Source of the DNA: Harriotta raleighana
Taxonomy: Eukaryota
Assembly (NCBI GenBank): GCA_050575255.1
Contig: JBNZDD010013732.1
Coordinates: forward strand, 8,586,990 to 8,650,989
Length of the DNA stretch: 64,000 bases
Reading direction: 5' to 3'
Below are positions 30,721 through 45,100 of the stretch, one piece after another. Below the pieces are notes generated by a model. It was not told where the DNA came from, did not search any database, and worked only from the letters and a program-made list of their open reading frames with translations. The position numbers and the translations under genes were made by a program. Positions within the stretch are counted from its first letter, which is position 1; each line of letters begins with the position of its first letter.

Positions 30721-33700
30721 ACAAATATATTGAATAAGAAAATAAGACATTTAAAGACACAGTCGAATCCGCTTTAGGCGGTCGCCTGATAACTGAGTTA
30801 CATCGAACAAAATGCCAGTCCCCGATTCATTTTGTATTCTTATCTTACCGTTGTAAATACACCAGTTGATTCGGACAAGACTCCGGTTAATCAAAATGCC
30901 ACACTGGGCTCCAAAGGCTCCAGGATGGAGCTGGGAGGAGTCTCATTGTGATTGATTGACAGCAGACTCCAGCCATTCACCAGCAGCTGGAGTTGGGCTG
31001 TCAATCAGTGAGGGTGGGGGTGGGGGGGGGGGGGGGCGGTGGAATGGGTAGGAACAAGGGGGAAGTCGAAATGCAATTGATTTGACTTTTGCCCACTGAT
31101 TAGTTTCATTTAATCATCCTCTCTAGCATTTTTATTTGTCCTTGAAAGGCTTGATCTTCGCTTCATAGGCATCTTCAACCCTTAAGATTAACAAAATGTG
31201 CTATGGAACTTGTTAAGTATCCCTTGTTCACATATTTGCACACATAACCTTTTGGGAGGACTCCTGTGAGAGGACTCAGTAGTGGGATTCCTATCGGAGG
31301 AGTGTAAGCGATTGGCTTCAGAAAATAATTCCTGGTAAATTTAGTGTAGTGACTGACGGATCATAGGGAGGAACAAGAGGATGATATAATAGCGTTGTTC
31401 TCAACATATGAAAAGCACACCAACCATGTGGATGTTGTTGCCAGGGGAGATTTTGTAGATTACTCATTGAAAAGGATCATACCAGAAGTGACCGTGAGGG
31501 CATAGGATGAAATGCATTGATGGCTTGCATGCTTGGCTTCTGATGAAATGTTTCACGATTTCTCATTTCGATTCCATAAACATCTGTTAGGGTAACCGGG
31601 CAAGAAGTTTATGGCATCACAATCCCGCTGGTAACAAGCACCTCAGGTGATAAACTGGGGAAAAGTGCAGGAAATGCTGTGTGGCTGGATAGCAAGAAGA
31701 CCTCACCCTTTGAACTATACCAGTACTTTGTCAGACAGCCGGATTCCAATATGGAAAGGTATGTGCATTCTCCTTGCTTTTCAATTGTTTGTGCTTTTCT
31801 TTACTTGGAGAGGCTCATCTCATCCAATGGACAGAACATTTTCTCTGACTTTTGGATCCTCCAGCCTTAAACCATTTCTAGTGCCAAGCGTAAAGTCTTT
31901 GGAGAACTGTCTGCCTGCTTGGGTCATTTGGTAGCACTCTTGCCTCAGAAGGTTGCTGATTCAAGCTCCACATTAACTCATACAGTGCATTGCTGGGGAT
32001 GTGCTGCATTATTGGAAGTGTCATACTTTGATTAAATTAATCTTTCTGTTCAGGTGAACATGAAAGATCCCACAGCACTGTACAAAAAAGGAGGCCAGTT
32101 TCTTATGAGGTCACTATAAATACTCAGATTTATTTGGGGGTAAAGTCAATTGAATAAAAAACAATTCTCCAGGAGAAAAAAAAACTAATTACAGAGCTAA
32201 ATAAGATGTTAAAATATATTTCCCAAGCAAAGCTCACTAAATTTTGGAATTGTGCCCTTAGATTGGAAAATTGTGAATGTTACCCCTTTATTTAAGAAGC
32301 GAGGGAGGGAAAAACCAGGAAATTACAGACTTGTTAGCTTAACATCAGTTGAAAGTAAAATACTGGAATCCATCATCAGGGACAGAGTGACTGAACAATA
32401 GTTCATGGTTGTGTTAGTCAACTTTAGGCCTGTTACCATTGTTAGTGGGTGAGATTTCCCATTATATAGTAAAGTTAAGTCTCTATGGCTGGTAAATTTA
32501 GACCAATGGGGAAAGACACCCTTCACTTTGCCAAGGTTTCTAAATTTGTGATCATCTGAGAATTTGTGAGGATAAATTCTCGTTCTCAGAGGTTCAAATT
32601 AATAATAATCCGTCAAAAAAAACCCACAATAATAAATATTGATCATTTCAATCCTCAACTGTTTGTGGGACACTGCTGTGCGCAATTACCTGCCACATTT
32701 CACCCACAAAATATACAGTCAATTCACTTTATTCTGTGAAGCGCTTTGAGACGTCGATAAGACGTGAAAAGCACTATATCAAATGCAAGGATTATTATTA
32801 TTATTGTTAAGTTTTTTTTAACTTATAAGGTAGCAATAGCTGGAAGGGTTACCATTAAGGGTGATAGAGATCAGAGCACTTAACTCATTTAAAAAACAGG
32901 AAGATGATTAGGTGGGTTTAGGAAGTATGCGATCAAATGAATCAAAGGTCTCGGGATTTTGCCCCACATTAAGACAAGATGGCTGTTCATTGTTTTTGAA
33001 CAATGTACGAACTTTTAACTGTTGTTGACAAAACAATTGTTTTTTGATTTCTTTAGGTATTTAAAACTTTTCACTTTCATTCCACTTCCTGAGGTTGAAA
33101 ATCTTATGGATAACCACAGGAAAGATCCAGGAAAGCGACTTGCTCAAAAACGACTTGCAGCAGAAGTTACTAAACTAATTCATGGCAAAGAAGGGCTTGC
33201 ATCTGCCAAGAAGTAAGTGTGCTGACCAAGCTAGTTTTCTCTGTAAGATCTGCCTCTCTGGTGAGTTAGCATTCTCAGTTGGCGATACACAAATGACCTG
33301 GATATCACAATGGAACAGAATAAATCCAAGTTTGCTGATGGTGTCATAAATTGTGGAGAGCAAATTGACATACACTGATAAAGATACTGATAAAGACTAT
33401 GAAAGATAGAGTTCAGCAAACTAAGTTTGAATCATACATTGATTTTAATCAAAGTGGATGAATATACATTTTAACTGGGGCTTGGTGAACAACGTTTAAG
33501 ACATGAAATTGTTTAGTTTGAGGGGGCAACATAATTTATGGGTTTGGGGCCTTACAACAAGTGATCTGGAATATAATAACAAGAAATTGATTCTGCATTG
33601 TATAGAATACTGGTCATACCTCACTTTGATGTTTTCTGTTCAGTTTTGGGCACCCACGTTTAAGAATTACCTAACCCTGGAAGGCTCCCGGTAATAATTC

Positions 33701-34813
33701 ATCTGGGTGAAGGGTTTTTGCTGTGTTGACAGTTTGGGTCACTTAGTGTTATATTTCCTAGCTCAGAAAGTTAATAGGTGATCTGATTGAAGCATTTAAA
33801 ATAATGAAGGTGAATTGACAAACTAGATTGGGGGTGGCAGCGGAAATCCAAAACAAAGGTATGTGCAACATATTGTGCTTGCCTGATTGTAATTTGTTCT
33901 GTCTGCAACAGATGCACAAATGCTCTGTATCAGAGCAGTGTGGCCTCCCTGGAAGCGATGTCAGATAAGGAACTTCAAGAGCTTTTCAGAGAAGCCCCCT
34001 TCTCCGAGATACTGCTCGAACCTGGGACATCAGTGCTTGATCTTTGTCGTAAAGCTAATGCTATTCCAGATGGACCCACAGGGTATGTGTCTAGTGCAAA
34101 CCATAATGTCTCATCAACTTTTAAATAATCCCAATCGGTGTTACAGCCGAAACTCCACCAGTGCTTCCCTACTTGTGTAGTACATTCAATATTTCTCAGC
34201 AAACTTTCTTCCCATCACAACATTGAAAACTAAAGCAGGCCAACTCCTGTAAACCTGCTCTCTCAATTTGGCTTAATGCTAACCTTGGACAAGCTCTCTG
34301 AACTTCACCTGCGAAATTTACAATTCTCACAGCAGCAGCCTACGTGCATTGCCCAAGGGAATGCATGCAGCCTTATAACAGAGCCAGTACTGTGTGCTTG
34401 CATTAGTCTTGCAGTCTGGTTCACTTCATTTTCTCCCCTCTGGAATTTGAGAGGCAGTGACAGAAGCTGGCATTAATGTGTGCAGCCCAACACCATTAAA
34501 TCTGGATTCTGACACCGGGGTCTGTCTTGATGTCTTTTGTCCCAGGATAACTTAAAATAGTCGCTGAATCGATGATTTTCTGCCAACGATGACTGGTGAC
34601 CCTCAAAAGTCTGAATTCACTAAAAATATTTGACTCTTTCCCTGCAGATATCAGATGATTACAAATGGTGGAATTTGGATAAACCATGTACGAGAAGCCA
34701 AAGCAGAACAAGTACTGATTTTGGGGCAACACATTCTATCTAATGGCCTATCACTACTTCGTGTTGGGAAGAAAAACTACTACATTGTTAAGTGGCTGAA
34801 CATGGCAGCCTAA
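29760..34813 (+). CDS. YARS2: Tyrosine--tRNA ligase, mitochondrial; join(29760..30544,31591..31758,33057..33212,33912..34082,34648..34813), 481 aa (alternative in-frame ATG at 29748)
   Basis: Arg-rich MAAP... transit-like N-terminus, [15 protein letters not shown] (HIGH motif), [22 protein letters not shown] (KMSKS motif) and an S4-like C-terminus ([15 protein letters not shown]). Five GT-AG, phase-consistent exons. Confidence 0.97.
31591..31758 (+). CDS. YARS2: YARS2 exon 2
   Basis: gttag|G GTA ACC...GAA AG|gtatgt; encodes [15 protein letters not shown]. Confidence 0.96.
32250..32395 (+). mobile_element. CR1 RT fragment in YARS2 intron 2
   Basis: Translates to [41 protein letters not shown]. 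Confidence 0.85.
32635..32805 (+). mobile_element. Deu-domain SINE fragment
   Basis: GTTTGTGGGACACTGCTGTGCGCAATT...GCACTATATCAAATGCAAGGATTATTATTA. Confidence 0.8.
33057..33212 (+). CDS. YARS2: YARS2 exon 3
   Basis: tttag|G TAT TTA...AAG AA|gtaagt; encodes YLKLFTF...[15 protein letters not shown]. Confidence 0.96.
33290..33815 (+). mobile_element. Degenerate CR1 fragments in YARS2 intron 3
   Basis: SKFADG, VQFWAP and [11 protein letters not shown] remnants. Confidence 0.6.
33912..34082 (+). CDS. YARS2: YARS2 exon 4
   Basis: aacag|A TGC ACA...ACA GG|gtatgt; encodes CTNALY...[12 protein letters not shown]. Confidence 0.95.
34648..34813 (+). CDS. YARS2: YARS2 exon 5 (with stop)
   Basis: ctgcag|A TAT CAG ATG ATT...GCA GCC TAA. 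Confidence 0.95.
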
Positions 34814-36676
34814 TCAAAGCCCAGTTGCACATTGAATATTCTTTCACCATGGTTATGAAGCAATGTTCTCTCATTCTTGTGTAAAACCAATTTAAAACTT
34901 TGAACATGCATCAGAGAAGTGGGGCAAATTCAAGAGCAGTTTTGAATTTTACACTCGTGAAGTTTACATGAAAGAGGATTGCCCCCACAGCTCTAATGAT
35001 AGATCACTGGTCTGAAGAAAAAGATTTGTGCTTATCTGGCAAAATTGACTGATGCTATTGAGTGTCTGTCATTTAGTATTGGATGGACCACTTTTTAGAA
35101 GGAGATACTGTAGTCTATGGTTGGGAAAGGGAAACGAGAGGGACAGAACAATAAATCCACTCCACTCAATGCCTTTTGCTCTTAATCGGGAGGTGGAATT
35201 GCTACTCTGTTGTCCATTTGAAGCTGATGTAGCAGTAATGGGAGATCAAATTCTGGTAAAGAAAATGACATTCTAGATTGAATACCTGCAGACAAGAATT
35301 CAACTCTATTATGAGAAGGAAGATCTGACAAGCACCTGAACAGATAATACAAAAAAAACTCCCTGTGGGAGAAGATCCTTTTTTGTATAAAACATCAAAA
35401 ATAATAAAATTATTCAATGACCTGAAGTGTATGTGTGAATTCGCTGAACAGTATAATATCTTCCACAAATTATACAGTCAATTCACTTTACAGTAAATCC
35501 TGTGAAGCTGTCTCAATGTGATAAGGCACTCTAATAAAATGCAAAGATTATTATTTTATCATTATATTGGCTTTCCTTCCGACTAAGATCTCAGAATGAA
35601 CGATCAGAGTCTGATCACTTCCAAATTCCATGGTTACATTTGTGATAAAAAACAATAGAATGAAAAGGCCTGTCTTAGGATAGCAACAAAAGAATGTCCA
35701 CAACAAGATGAGTAGGAGAATTATATAACCTATATACTGTATCAACCTAGTAATAACAAAAAAAACCTTGTCCAGTTAAGATGGCAAAGACAATCATAAG
35801 TAGTCTTGATTATCCTAACATTGATTACACCAAATGCATTGAATGCATAATCACTTTGTACTTCAATCAATAAAAACCTTGCGTGCATCACGCTGTGTAA
35901 ACTGAATATTTAAGAACATAATAGTAACAACTCCAGTCATCTGAGGGATAATGGCACTTGGTTTTCACTAACAGTGTAGCCAAAGTTCAAACAATTAAAA
36001 TCTTTTTTTTCCTAATATGTAATTAATTATTCTTTCAAATTGCAATCTCACCCATTGGAATTTTGTTCAAACGCTCTATCATGTTTCCAATCAGTTCCAA
36101 TGTTCCCCACTAGATGGGACATTAAACACAAAATGCATCAGCACCACTTCTTTATGACCTCAAAGTAAATATATTGTTGACTTAAGTGAATAGGATTTAT
36201 ATTTTTAGCTGATAACTTCTCATTTAAGATGATCTATTGTACAGGTACAATTCCCTTTAGTCAATTACAACTGTGTTACATTTATAGATGGTTAATGGGC
36301 AAAATTGCAACCAATAATCAATTTGCTATTGTACATAAGTTTACTAAGTACTTATTTAGCAAAACAACTTTATAATACTGCTACATAATGATTTTTAGAG
36401 GCACACTATTGCCAAAATGTCTTGCTTTGGCCAGTTAAAAAAGAGAAAAACAAAATCTGTAAAATTCTTATGTAACTGGCAAAGGTAATTGAACAAACTC
36501 AAAAAGATTGCACAGTATTATACATTATTATTATATCCTCCTACAACTCCTAATATTTAGAGTTGTAACATTTAATAGGAAGGGAAATTAGGTTATATAC
36601 GCAATCATATCTGTTGCTTTTATTATTGTATTATTCTATCAGTGCTATTTTATCACAAATAAAGGAATTCTTAGGA

Positions 36677-37290
36677 CAATTTACATTTATCTAGCGCCCT
36701 TCACACTAAACGGTGTCTCAGAGTGCTTAACAGTGAAGGAGCCTGATGCTGAGCAAGAGAGGAGGAAGGTTATGGTAGGCACAGTTGAAGAGGTCTTTCA
36801 GTGTGGGAAGCGAGGGGGAAAGGTGAAGGGATTGAGGGAGAGATTTCCACAGCTTTGGGGCATAGTGGCTGAAAGTATAGTCGTCATGATGGTGGGGTTG
36901 GGGGTCTAGGGTGCAAGGAGGAGGCCGGAGCCAGTCAAGCGGGAGCAGCAGATTCAAGAAATGGAGGTGGGGGGTAGGGGAGGCGGGGTGGGGGTGTGAC
37001 AGGGCGTGAAGGGATTTAAACACAAGAGTCAGGATCTTGAAATCGATCCACTCTGTGACAGGGAATCAATGAATTTTGACAAGGACTGGGGTAATGGAGG
37101 TGTAGAGTTTAGCACAGGTGGTTGAGTTCTGAATCAATTGAATTTTGTGAATAGTGGAGCTGGGGAAACAAGCAAGGCGGGACGTGATGAGTAGTCAAAG
37201 TGGGAGATAACAAAGGTGTGGAGGAGGAACTCGACAACTTTTGGAATGAGGTATGGATGGAGGTGGGCAACATGGTGGAGGTGGTGGTCT
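36677..37290 (-). mobile_element. LINE2 3' fragment
   Basis: FVISHFDYS, FKSLH and FSHYAPKLWKSLPQSL, plus the L2 tail. Confidence 0.8.
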
Positions 37291-37899
37291 ATATTTGAAC
37301 CTGTACTAATGCAGTTTTTAAAAATGATCGATTGCAAATTAAAAAATGAACAATTTTCGACAATTCTGCATAATCTTAAACTTTAAAATTTAAAAGAAAT
37401 GTTCTTGCAGGTTATATCCATGTGGAAAGTGTTCCACTTTAACTTGTCAGATTGTGCTGGTGGAAAATATTCCACTCTGACTGTCAGATTTGCTGAGAGT
37501 CAATTGCAATGCGGGGTGAAAATCTCTCAAATTCTGCGCTAATAATAGTGCTCCTACACCCCTCCTCGCCCACCCGCTCACCTCCTCCCCTCCCCCATCA
37601 CACACACACACTCCATGATTTCCCTGGTGTCATTTATCGCATATGAAATTATCTTATGGTTTGTAAAAAGAGGTTCAGAGCCAAATTGAGATTGTTTGTG
37701 ATGTAGGTGCATACCACTAGAAACTGGATTGACAAGTTTATCAACTTAATTTCACTTAAGACTAAATCATTAGGAAAAGGATGTTTATCTTAATGTTACA
37801 GGCTTTATTCAAACTAAGGCAAAAGGATAGTTTCTAATGAAATGCACGCAGTACTGGAATGATATATCTCAGAGATATCACTTCTTCTGGCTCCCCATA

Positions 37900-38950
37900 A
37901 AACAACAACAACAACAAAATTACACGTATAGTGCCTTTCACGTCGGGAGGACGTCCCTAAGTGCTGAACAGCCAGGTCAGGACCCGAGCATGGGGGGATC
38001 GGGGGTAGGGGGAAGGAGAGTGGGAAGCATTAGGGTGGGGGGGAACCGAAGGCACAGTCAAAGAGGAAGGTCTTGAGACTGGCCTTGAAGAAGGAAAGGG
38101 AGAAAGCAAGGCGGAGGGACTGCGGGATGGAGTTCCAAAGTGTGGGGGCAGGGAGGCTGAAAGCCCGGCTACTGATGGAGCAGGCCTGAGTCTGCTGAAC
38201 AAAGGGTGCGGGCAGGCTAATAGGGAGACAGCAGGTCAGAGAGATAGGCGGGAGCAAAGGCGTAAATGTGGAGATGTGAGCAAAATTGAATTCCAACAAT
38301 GCATACCAGGACCTCTTCAAACTTGGCATCGGAAGTGAAGATTGAGGGTGCTTAAGATGGGGTGTTGCAGTGGTGCCCTCGAGAATGACTTGTCAATAGA
38401 AGGCGGTTTTGGCTTGACAGAGGGAGCAGTGATAGGTATGAAGATGCTTGAGCCACAATTGGCAATAAACCATGAAGTCTGTTTTGTGCAGAGGGACAGG
38501 GATGAGGGGAACAAGAAGATATCCGTGAGGAAGGGGCCGGGCCAGGAGGTTCGAGTGGGCAGTAAACTAGGAGAATTTTGAAGGAGGGATAGTTGAGGGT
38601 GAGATGCTCAAAATAGAGTAAACAGCCAAAGGAATAGGAGATACACCAAGAGGTTTTGGCAATGAGAATCATCCCACTGCCACATTGGGCGTGGTGAACA
38701 GNGACATGTAAACAGGCTGGGAGGCTTTGATGAGTCAGATGGAGTCACTGGGGGACAGCCGGGTTTCTGTGAGCCCAAGAATGTCTATTTGCTCTTCATG
38801 ATGAGGCCATCGATTGTAAGAGCTTTGTTTGAGAGGGTAGATGGAGTGGCTGCTCTGAGACAACCATTGATGAGTACCGCGGTGAGTGTGGGGGAGCAGA
38901 GGGAGTCTGTTGGAGGGTCTAGCTAGGACAGAGAGAAGATGGGGAAAAGA
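37900..38950 (-). mobile_element. LINE2 fragments (3' end plus degenerate upstream ORF2); one N at 38702
   Basis: RAFSLPAPTLWNSIPQSLR...FKASLKTFLF and the tail GTGAAAGGCACTATACGTGTAATTTTGTTGTTG; ILGLTET and LLVYCPL resemble endonuclease remnants. Confidence 0.75.
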
Positions 38951-39211
38951 GAAGGACTAAGTGGGTGTAATGAAGAGTGGGGAGTAGAGCGGGGGCACTT
39001 TGGGAGTGGGTGGCTTAGGTCAGTCAAAAATTTGTGAGACATTCATTTCAATTAGTAACTATCCCCGAAGTGTACACACACTCAGTATAAACGTTTGGGA
39101 TTCTATGCAAAATAATCAACAAATACATTTGAAGACTTTACCCAATTTCAGAGATATAACAAAGACATATATCACTCAATACTTGTTGGTTTTTGAGTGT
39201 TATTCAAATGA

Positions 39212-39355
39212 TTGATAGATTTCTAATGGATAGAGGGATTAAGGGATATAGGGATAAGGAGGGCAGATGGAGTTAGATTAGAAGATCAGATTTGATCTTA
39301 TTGAATGGTGGGGCAGGCTCAAGGGGCCGAATGGCCTATTCCTGCTCCTGATTCC
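39212..39355 (+). mobile_element. CR1 3' end
   Basis: GGGATTAAGGGATATAGGG...GGGCAGGCTCAAGGGGCCGAATGGCCTATTCCTGCTCCT; similar to 50750-50860. Confidence 0.85.
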
Positions 39356-39397
39356 TGTGAAGTGTTACAGTTTTCTTGCACATTTCTGGCTCTGGTA

Positions 39398-39725
39398 CAG
39401 TAAAATCTGGATAATCCGGTAAGGTTGGGCCCATTGCATCTCCTAGATTTCGGAGTTTGCCAGTATTTAAAAACCTACCTAAAAATGGCTGAGGATGTGC
39501 CGGCACATACACCACATGTGCTGTAAACACAGTACTGAAGCCAAACTATGGCTGAGCTCCACCCACAGCACCAGATGACAGGGCGGCGACGCTGTGAACT
39601 ACAAGCAGCTGTTCCGAACTTCGGGAGATTTGCCGGAAAAAATGTAATGCTGTATGTATTTTGAAATCTTGCCGGTTTGAGGGAGTCGCCGGCTTTCAGA
39701 ATGTCAGATTATCGATGTTTTCCTG
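39398..39725. mobile_element. Degenerate Tigger-like MITE
   Basis: Imperfect TIRs CAGTAAAATCTGGATAATCCG and CAGGAAAACATCGATAATCTG; TA on both flanks. Confidence 0.6.
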
Positions 39726-41689
39726 TATTTAGCACATAAAGCAACTCCTATTTGCAATGTTCATGCATTAAGTAATCAGATGTTTGGAAATACTGTAAAA
39801 GCAGAAGAAAACAAAATATTCACCCAAACCACAATTATATGCAGATGTTACTATACACAGTACACTGTATTGAGTGGCAGAGTAATTTGATGCTTGTAGG
39901 CTGCTATTAATTATATTTTTATGCAGTGGAAACACAGTGCAAAAACATCTGACAGTATTTGTGCAATTTAATTCATTTTGTAACACAATGAACAATTGAA
40001 ATGCTATCCAAGTAAAAAAGGCTAGTCTGGAAAAAGCACCACCCACAGTGCTCCATGAATTGCATTTATAGAAACTTTTTTTTAGCATAAAAGGAAGTAT
40101 TAGCCAGGAATAAACCATAAAGATAAGAGGAAACTGAAACAGTATTCCATCCAGTAATAACTCATAAAATTCTGAGAGTTAACAGACAAAAACAGATGAA
40201 ATAATGTCCTAACCATAAAAAAAACATGCTTTACTTTATCGAACCTGGAGTAGAATTGTCTCGAAGTAGTTTTTGGCAATGTGAAGGTTATCATTATCAT
40301 GCTTCTATTTCTGTGATGCTATTCAATAGGCATGCTTGCTGGGACATGCACTGAATTTATAAGCAATAGGTCCACTTCGACAGTGGGTTAATTAATTGTT
40401 GCTGAGTCATCAGTTCAGCACAATTTGATGTTTGGATAAACAATTTTCTTCTAAATCGCAGATACAGTCTGAACCAGATGTTGAGTTTCAATGTAATGTG
40501 CATCAAGTAATTACAACTCTCTCCCTCAAAACTCCTTTCTCTTCAGTCCACATTATCTGGGATCCTTAGAATAAACATAGCAAATTAAATTTAGTTGGTA
40601 TCATTTACTATCTTGAAACTTTGTAATGCTTGGACTTCGAAGAAAATAGTGATGTAAACTGATATGGTTGGGCCACCACCTGATGTGAATGTGTTATATA
40701 AATGTCAATTTGTATTGTATTGACAAGTTTCTAGCAGTTTAGGATTATAATGTTTTAGTATTATTATTATTTAGTCATATTTTTGCAAACAAGCACAAAT
40801 TTCAGCTTCATTCGTTATGTAGAATAATCCAGATCACTCATTGACCAAAGGTCATTGACCTGAACGATTAACCCACTTTTCTCTCCGTAGATGCTGTCTA
40901 ATCTGCTGAGTGTTCTCAGGGACTTGTTTTTTTTCTCCATTATTTGTTAGTTAATCACAAAAGATTAAGGAAAATATAACTGCAAGTATCTGACCATTTT
41001 TTATTCTTTGCATTTATACATCTATAAAGCGTAAATGTAAACTTTTGTTTTTTAAAAAGCATTGTTTCTGCATTATTTGTATGGCTAATTAATTTGTTGC
41101 ATTTTTTATCTCAATATATGAGTGTAAGAGGTTAAATGACATGTAATTACTTGTTTTATTATTCAAAAATAATAGCCTTCTGGTTTTAATTACAGTAACC
41201 CAATTGGAGTTTAAAATCCTGTACATTGTGAGGTTTGAAGTTTCTCTTAATGCATCTGTAAGGGTTTAAGACACAAAGACATGATTATCGATTGCAAAAC
41301 CATCAGACATGTCAGTAATTCAAGACAAAAGTGAGGATCAATTTAAAATGAGCGCTAAGTGTAGAAATTTACTTATAAAAAAGTTATAAGTTTTTCAAAG
41401 GAGTCATTTCTAATGTATTTATATACATCATTTTAATAATGTGCTAAATTTTAATTCATGAAATCAAATTTTCTACTTGAACTTTCTTTTGTCTAGGCAG
41501 AAATTTTTAATGTTTATTGGCCAACCTACAGAAGCCACCAATTCCATTATATGCAAATACTGATACATTAAAAGAGGAACAGATGCTATTTTACTCTAGG
41601 TCTAAAGGGACTAAGATTAGAAGTAACAAATATCAAAAATGAACTCACTAAAATTTCTTGGAAAACAAAGAAATACTGAATGATGAACA

Positions 41690-41958
41690 AAAGAGATCTG
41701 GTTTGATTCCAGGCAGAACAAAACTATGGGCAAGTTTCCTTACTCCACATATTTAATAATAATCCCACAAAAAAATAATAATAATGGCCATCTGAATCCA
41801 CGACTGTTTATGGGACACTGCTGTGTGCAATTGGCTGCTGCACTTTGCCCACAAAATATTCAGTCAATTCACTTTACAGTATATTCTGTGAATTAACAAA
41901 TATTTAAAAAGTCTAGAAGACATGAAAAGTGCTATATCAAATGCAAGGATTATTATTA
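41690..41958 (+). mobile_element. Deu-domain SINE
   Basis: GGTTTGATTCC B box, GCTGTGTGCAATTGGCTGC core and the same tail. Confidence 0.8.
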
Positions 41959-42177
41959 AAATTGGAAATAGTATTGTTATCTTTGATTTAATCGCACAAT
42001 ACCCTGTCCATGTTTATAGATAGACAAATTGCAGCCGTAATTTCCTATCGTAGAAGAAATAAATGTGCTTATAGAATACCCTTGTGAGTGACAAAATATG
42101 TATCAATTTACATTTCATAATTTCTACAAAAATATTGAACTACATGTACGTTGTCTTTCACAAACATTTCAATTGCT

Positions 42178-42188
42178 TTTATTTTATT
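42178..42188 (-). terminator. Candidate PPARA polyadenylation signal (overlapping AATAAA x2), implying a ~4.2 kb 3' UTR
   Basis: Minus strand reads AATAAAATAAAA followed by TGTTTGTG. Other hexamers exist nearby, so use is unproven. Confidence 0.35.
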
Positions 42189-45100
42189 AGAAAAAATATA
42201 CGATTTTTATGCAACCAACACACCAGGTAGGGTTGCAGTGAACTTTAAGAATTAAAATAACGAATAGGCCTCAAACCTGAAGCCAGATTTTTGTTTGAGA
42301 AAAGGCATTTTGCAAAAGAACATACAATTTTGATCACACCATTGAAATCACTACCAGGATATACAAGACGATAATAATTAAATTCATACATTCTTAATAC
42401 ATTTTTATCAATTGGTTGCAAGTTAATGTTGGTCAACAGTAGACATGTGAAATAATTCACTAGTCCCACATTTTTTTCAGTTGATTTATATTTGATTTCC
42501 AGTATAGACAAACAAAAATCCATAAAAACAAGGCATACATTTATTGATAAGAAGCTTATTGAATTTGCTACTCTACAAATATTGGGTGACAACAGTAAGC
42601 TCTTGTTGAGGACATGGTTTTGAAACATGGTTTGGGGTTCAGTCCTGGCATAACAATTCTATTCCCCATTAACCAAGTTAATTGTCCACATTTACCTTGT
42701 TACATTATCTAGCCAGAGTTATTTCAGATAACCAATCTCATGATGTGGACTGGTTGGTGCATTATTTAATTCACTTCCTCTGAAATCAAGTAGTTGAAAG
42801 TCTAACTTTCCTGGATTGCATTGCTTTACCTAGCACTACAGTAATACATTTGATAACACTTGAAATAGCCTCATAAGTATTGGCATTGCAGCTGCTTTAA
42901 GAAATAACTATAATCATATTGATAGCATGTACCAATGCTATTTTACCAATCACCCTCACAGAGAAACATTCAACAAAATGATGCTCTTATGTCAGAATTT
43001 ATTCAAATCGGGAACTCTAAGGTTAAAGGCTTTCGTACACACTCGTAAAACCTGGGAGGATCAGAATGCTCATCAGAATGCTTCCACAACTTGTGGATAC
43101 TCCATGGCATTTCATCTTTGTTTTATTTCAATTTGGAACTATAACCTCCTTATTACAAGGACCATGCGAGCAGGATCTGACAATGCTGAGTTTTACCGAT
43201 TCGTCTCATTTAACAGATTACCTTATTAAAACTGTAAATCTACTCATTCTTAAAGTAAATGTAGCACCTCCTACAGAAAAGTATGAAGCAGATTATGTCT
43301 CCCTCATTCCCCACATACACAATTTACTCCTTATGAATTGATTTCATGATAACTTTTAATCCAGAAATCAGGTAACATTTCATGTCATACTAGAATTAGT
43401 TACTTGTTAATTCTGGAATAAATTATAATATTTACATTTGTCACAGTCATTTTCCCCCCACAATGCTTGATCTCCTGTGAAAAAAAACACATTTATGGTT
43501 TGTTGATGAAGGAACATAAGAAGGAATTTACAATAAAGATTTAAATTAATCCCTTGCAGATCTTAATCTTTATACAATAAAAACTAGCTATTTCAAATAA
43601 TTTATCTTTGCAGGTCAAAATAAATTGGATAAAAGATCAGTGAAATAGGCACTAAAATGGTTTAACTATTGCATCACACCTCCAGAATTCTAGGTTGAGA
43701 TTAAAAATTCAACCCAAATGAACTCTTGTTCTGAACAAGTGCAGGACAAGCACACACATTCAGTTAAATCTATACATACATCAATTTAGACTTTTTGTAA
43801 GAGGCATTGCTAAAATACACATCCAAAACATTACTAATTTAGAAAACCAGGCTTAAAACTTTATATGAAAAAATATATATATATACATTTATATTCCCTG
43901 AAGATATTATTACCCACATAAAATCAGATATGGCACATTGCCTGAATATAGAAAACTTCAGAAAATAGCAGTAGACATTACTTTTTGCGAGCCATAGAAA
44001 TCCTATTTTACGAAGCAGGAATGGTTGTTTAATACCACAGAAGTCAGAAGAAAATGCCACAGAAAAGGGATAAAATGTAGCCGGAGAGATAGAAAAATAC
44101 AGTGATATGAACAGTTCCAATGCAATGGGTGTCATTACATCATATGCATGAGAGGCATTGTAAAACTTGGGAGCAGCCAGGTATTCTTAAAATTATCTTT
44201 ACATTTCTGGGCCCCTTTTGCAAATAGAATTCCTGACATGTGATGCTTCTAAATTCTATGAGATTATTTAATGACAGGTTTACTGTTCATACTTTACTGC
44301 AACAAATTAAAACTCATGCTAATCTTCTAGAAATCACATATGACTCTTGCAGCATTAAATATTTGCCTTAACTGCTTCAAAATGTGAAATAACATTTGTG
44401 TCTTGTATTCAGAGGGGTTGAAGAAGTGCATTATCGTGATACATTGTTGTAAATTCGACACCTTCCTCTTCCCCCTCTATAATTATTTATTAGTAAGGCA
44501 TAGTCCATTAATCTCAGGCATTTTGCGAATTTATAGAACATCATTGAACAGAACAATTGTTGTTCTTTTTAAGGATTCTCACAGGGAGTACCGAAGGAAA
44601 GGAAATTCAAGTTAAACTAAATATTTTGTGACATCTGCACAATCTTCTTTTACATATCTTCTCTTGGCATTCAAGATTTTTAAAGTAATATAACTGTTAC
44701 CACACATTTGTTTACAAATGTTACTATGTTTTTATAGATTCATGACATTAAATGACATCAAAGAACTTTGAACTGCAGCTATATTTTATCTTAACATATC
44801 TGATACCACACTTTGAGTCAATAGAGATGAACAACATGGGCACTGTGAGGTGTGGCAGTGCTCCTTGAGTTGCTGAAGGTAAATACCATTTGCAATGTAT
44901 TACACTTTTTTAATTTCTCCTCATTCAGATAAATGTCAATTTCTCATTCTCCTTTACAGATTTTTTTTTCCCTCTAATTCCTATTCTGAAATAAAAATAA
45001 ATCAAATAAGATACTGTACTGACAAAGCAATGATTCAGTGAACATTAAATTTGCAACCCTTATTTCAACATGGTCTCCAAAGTACGTCACATGAGCAATC

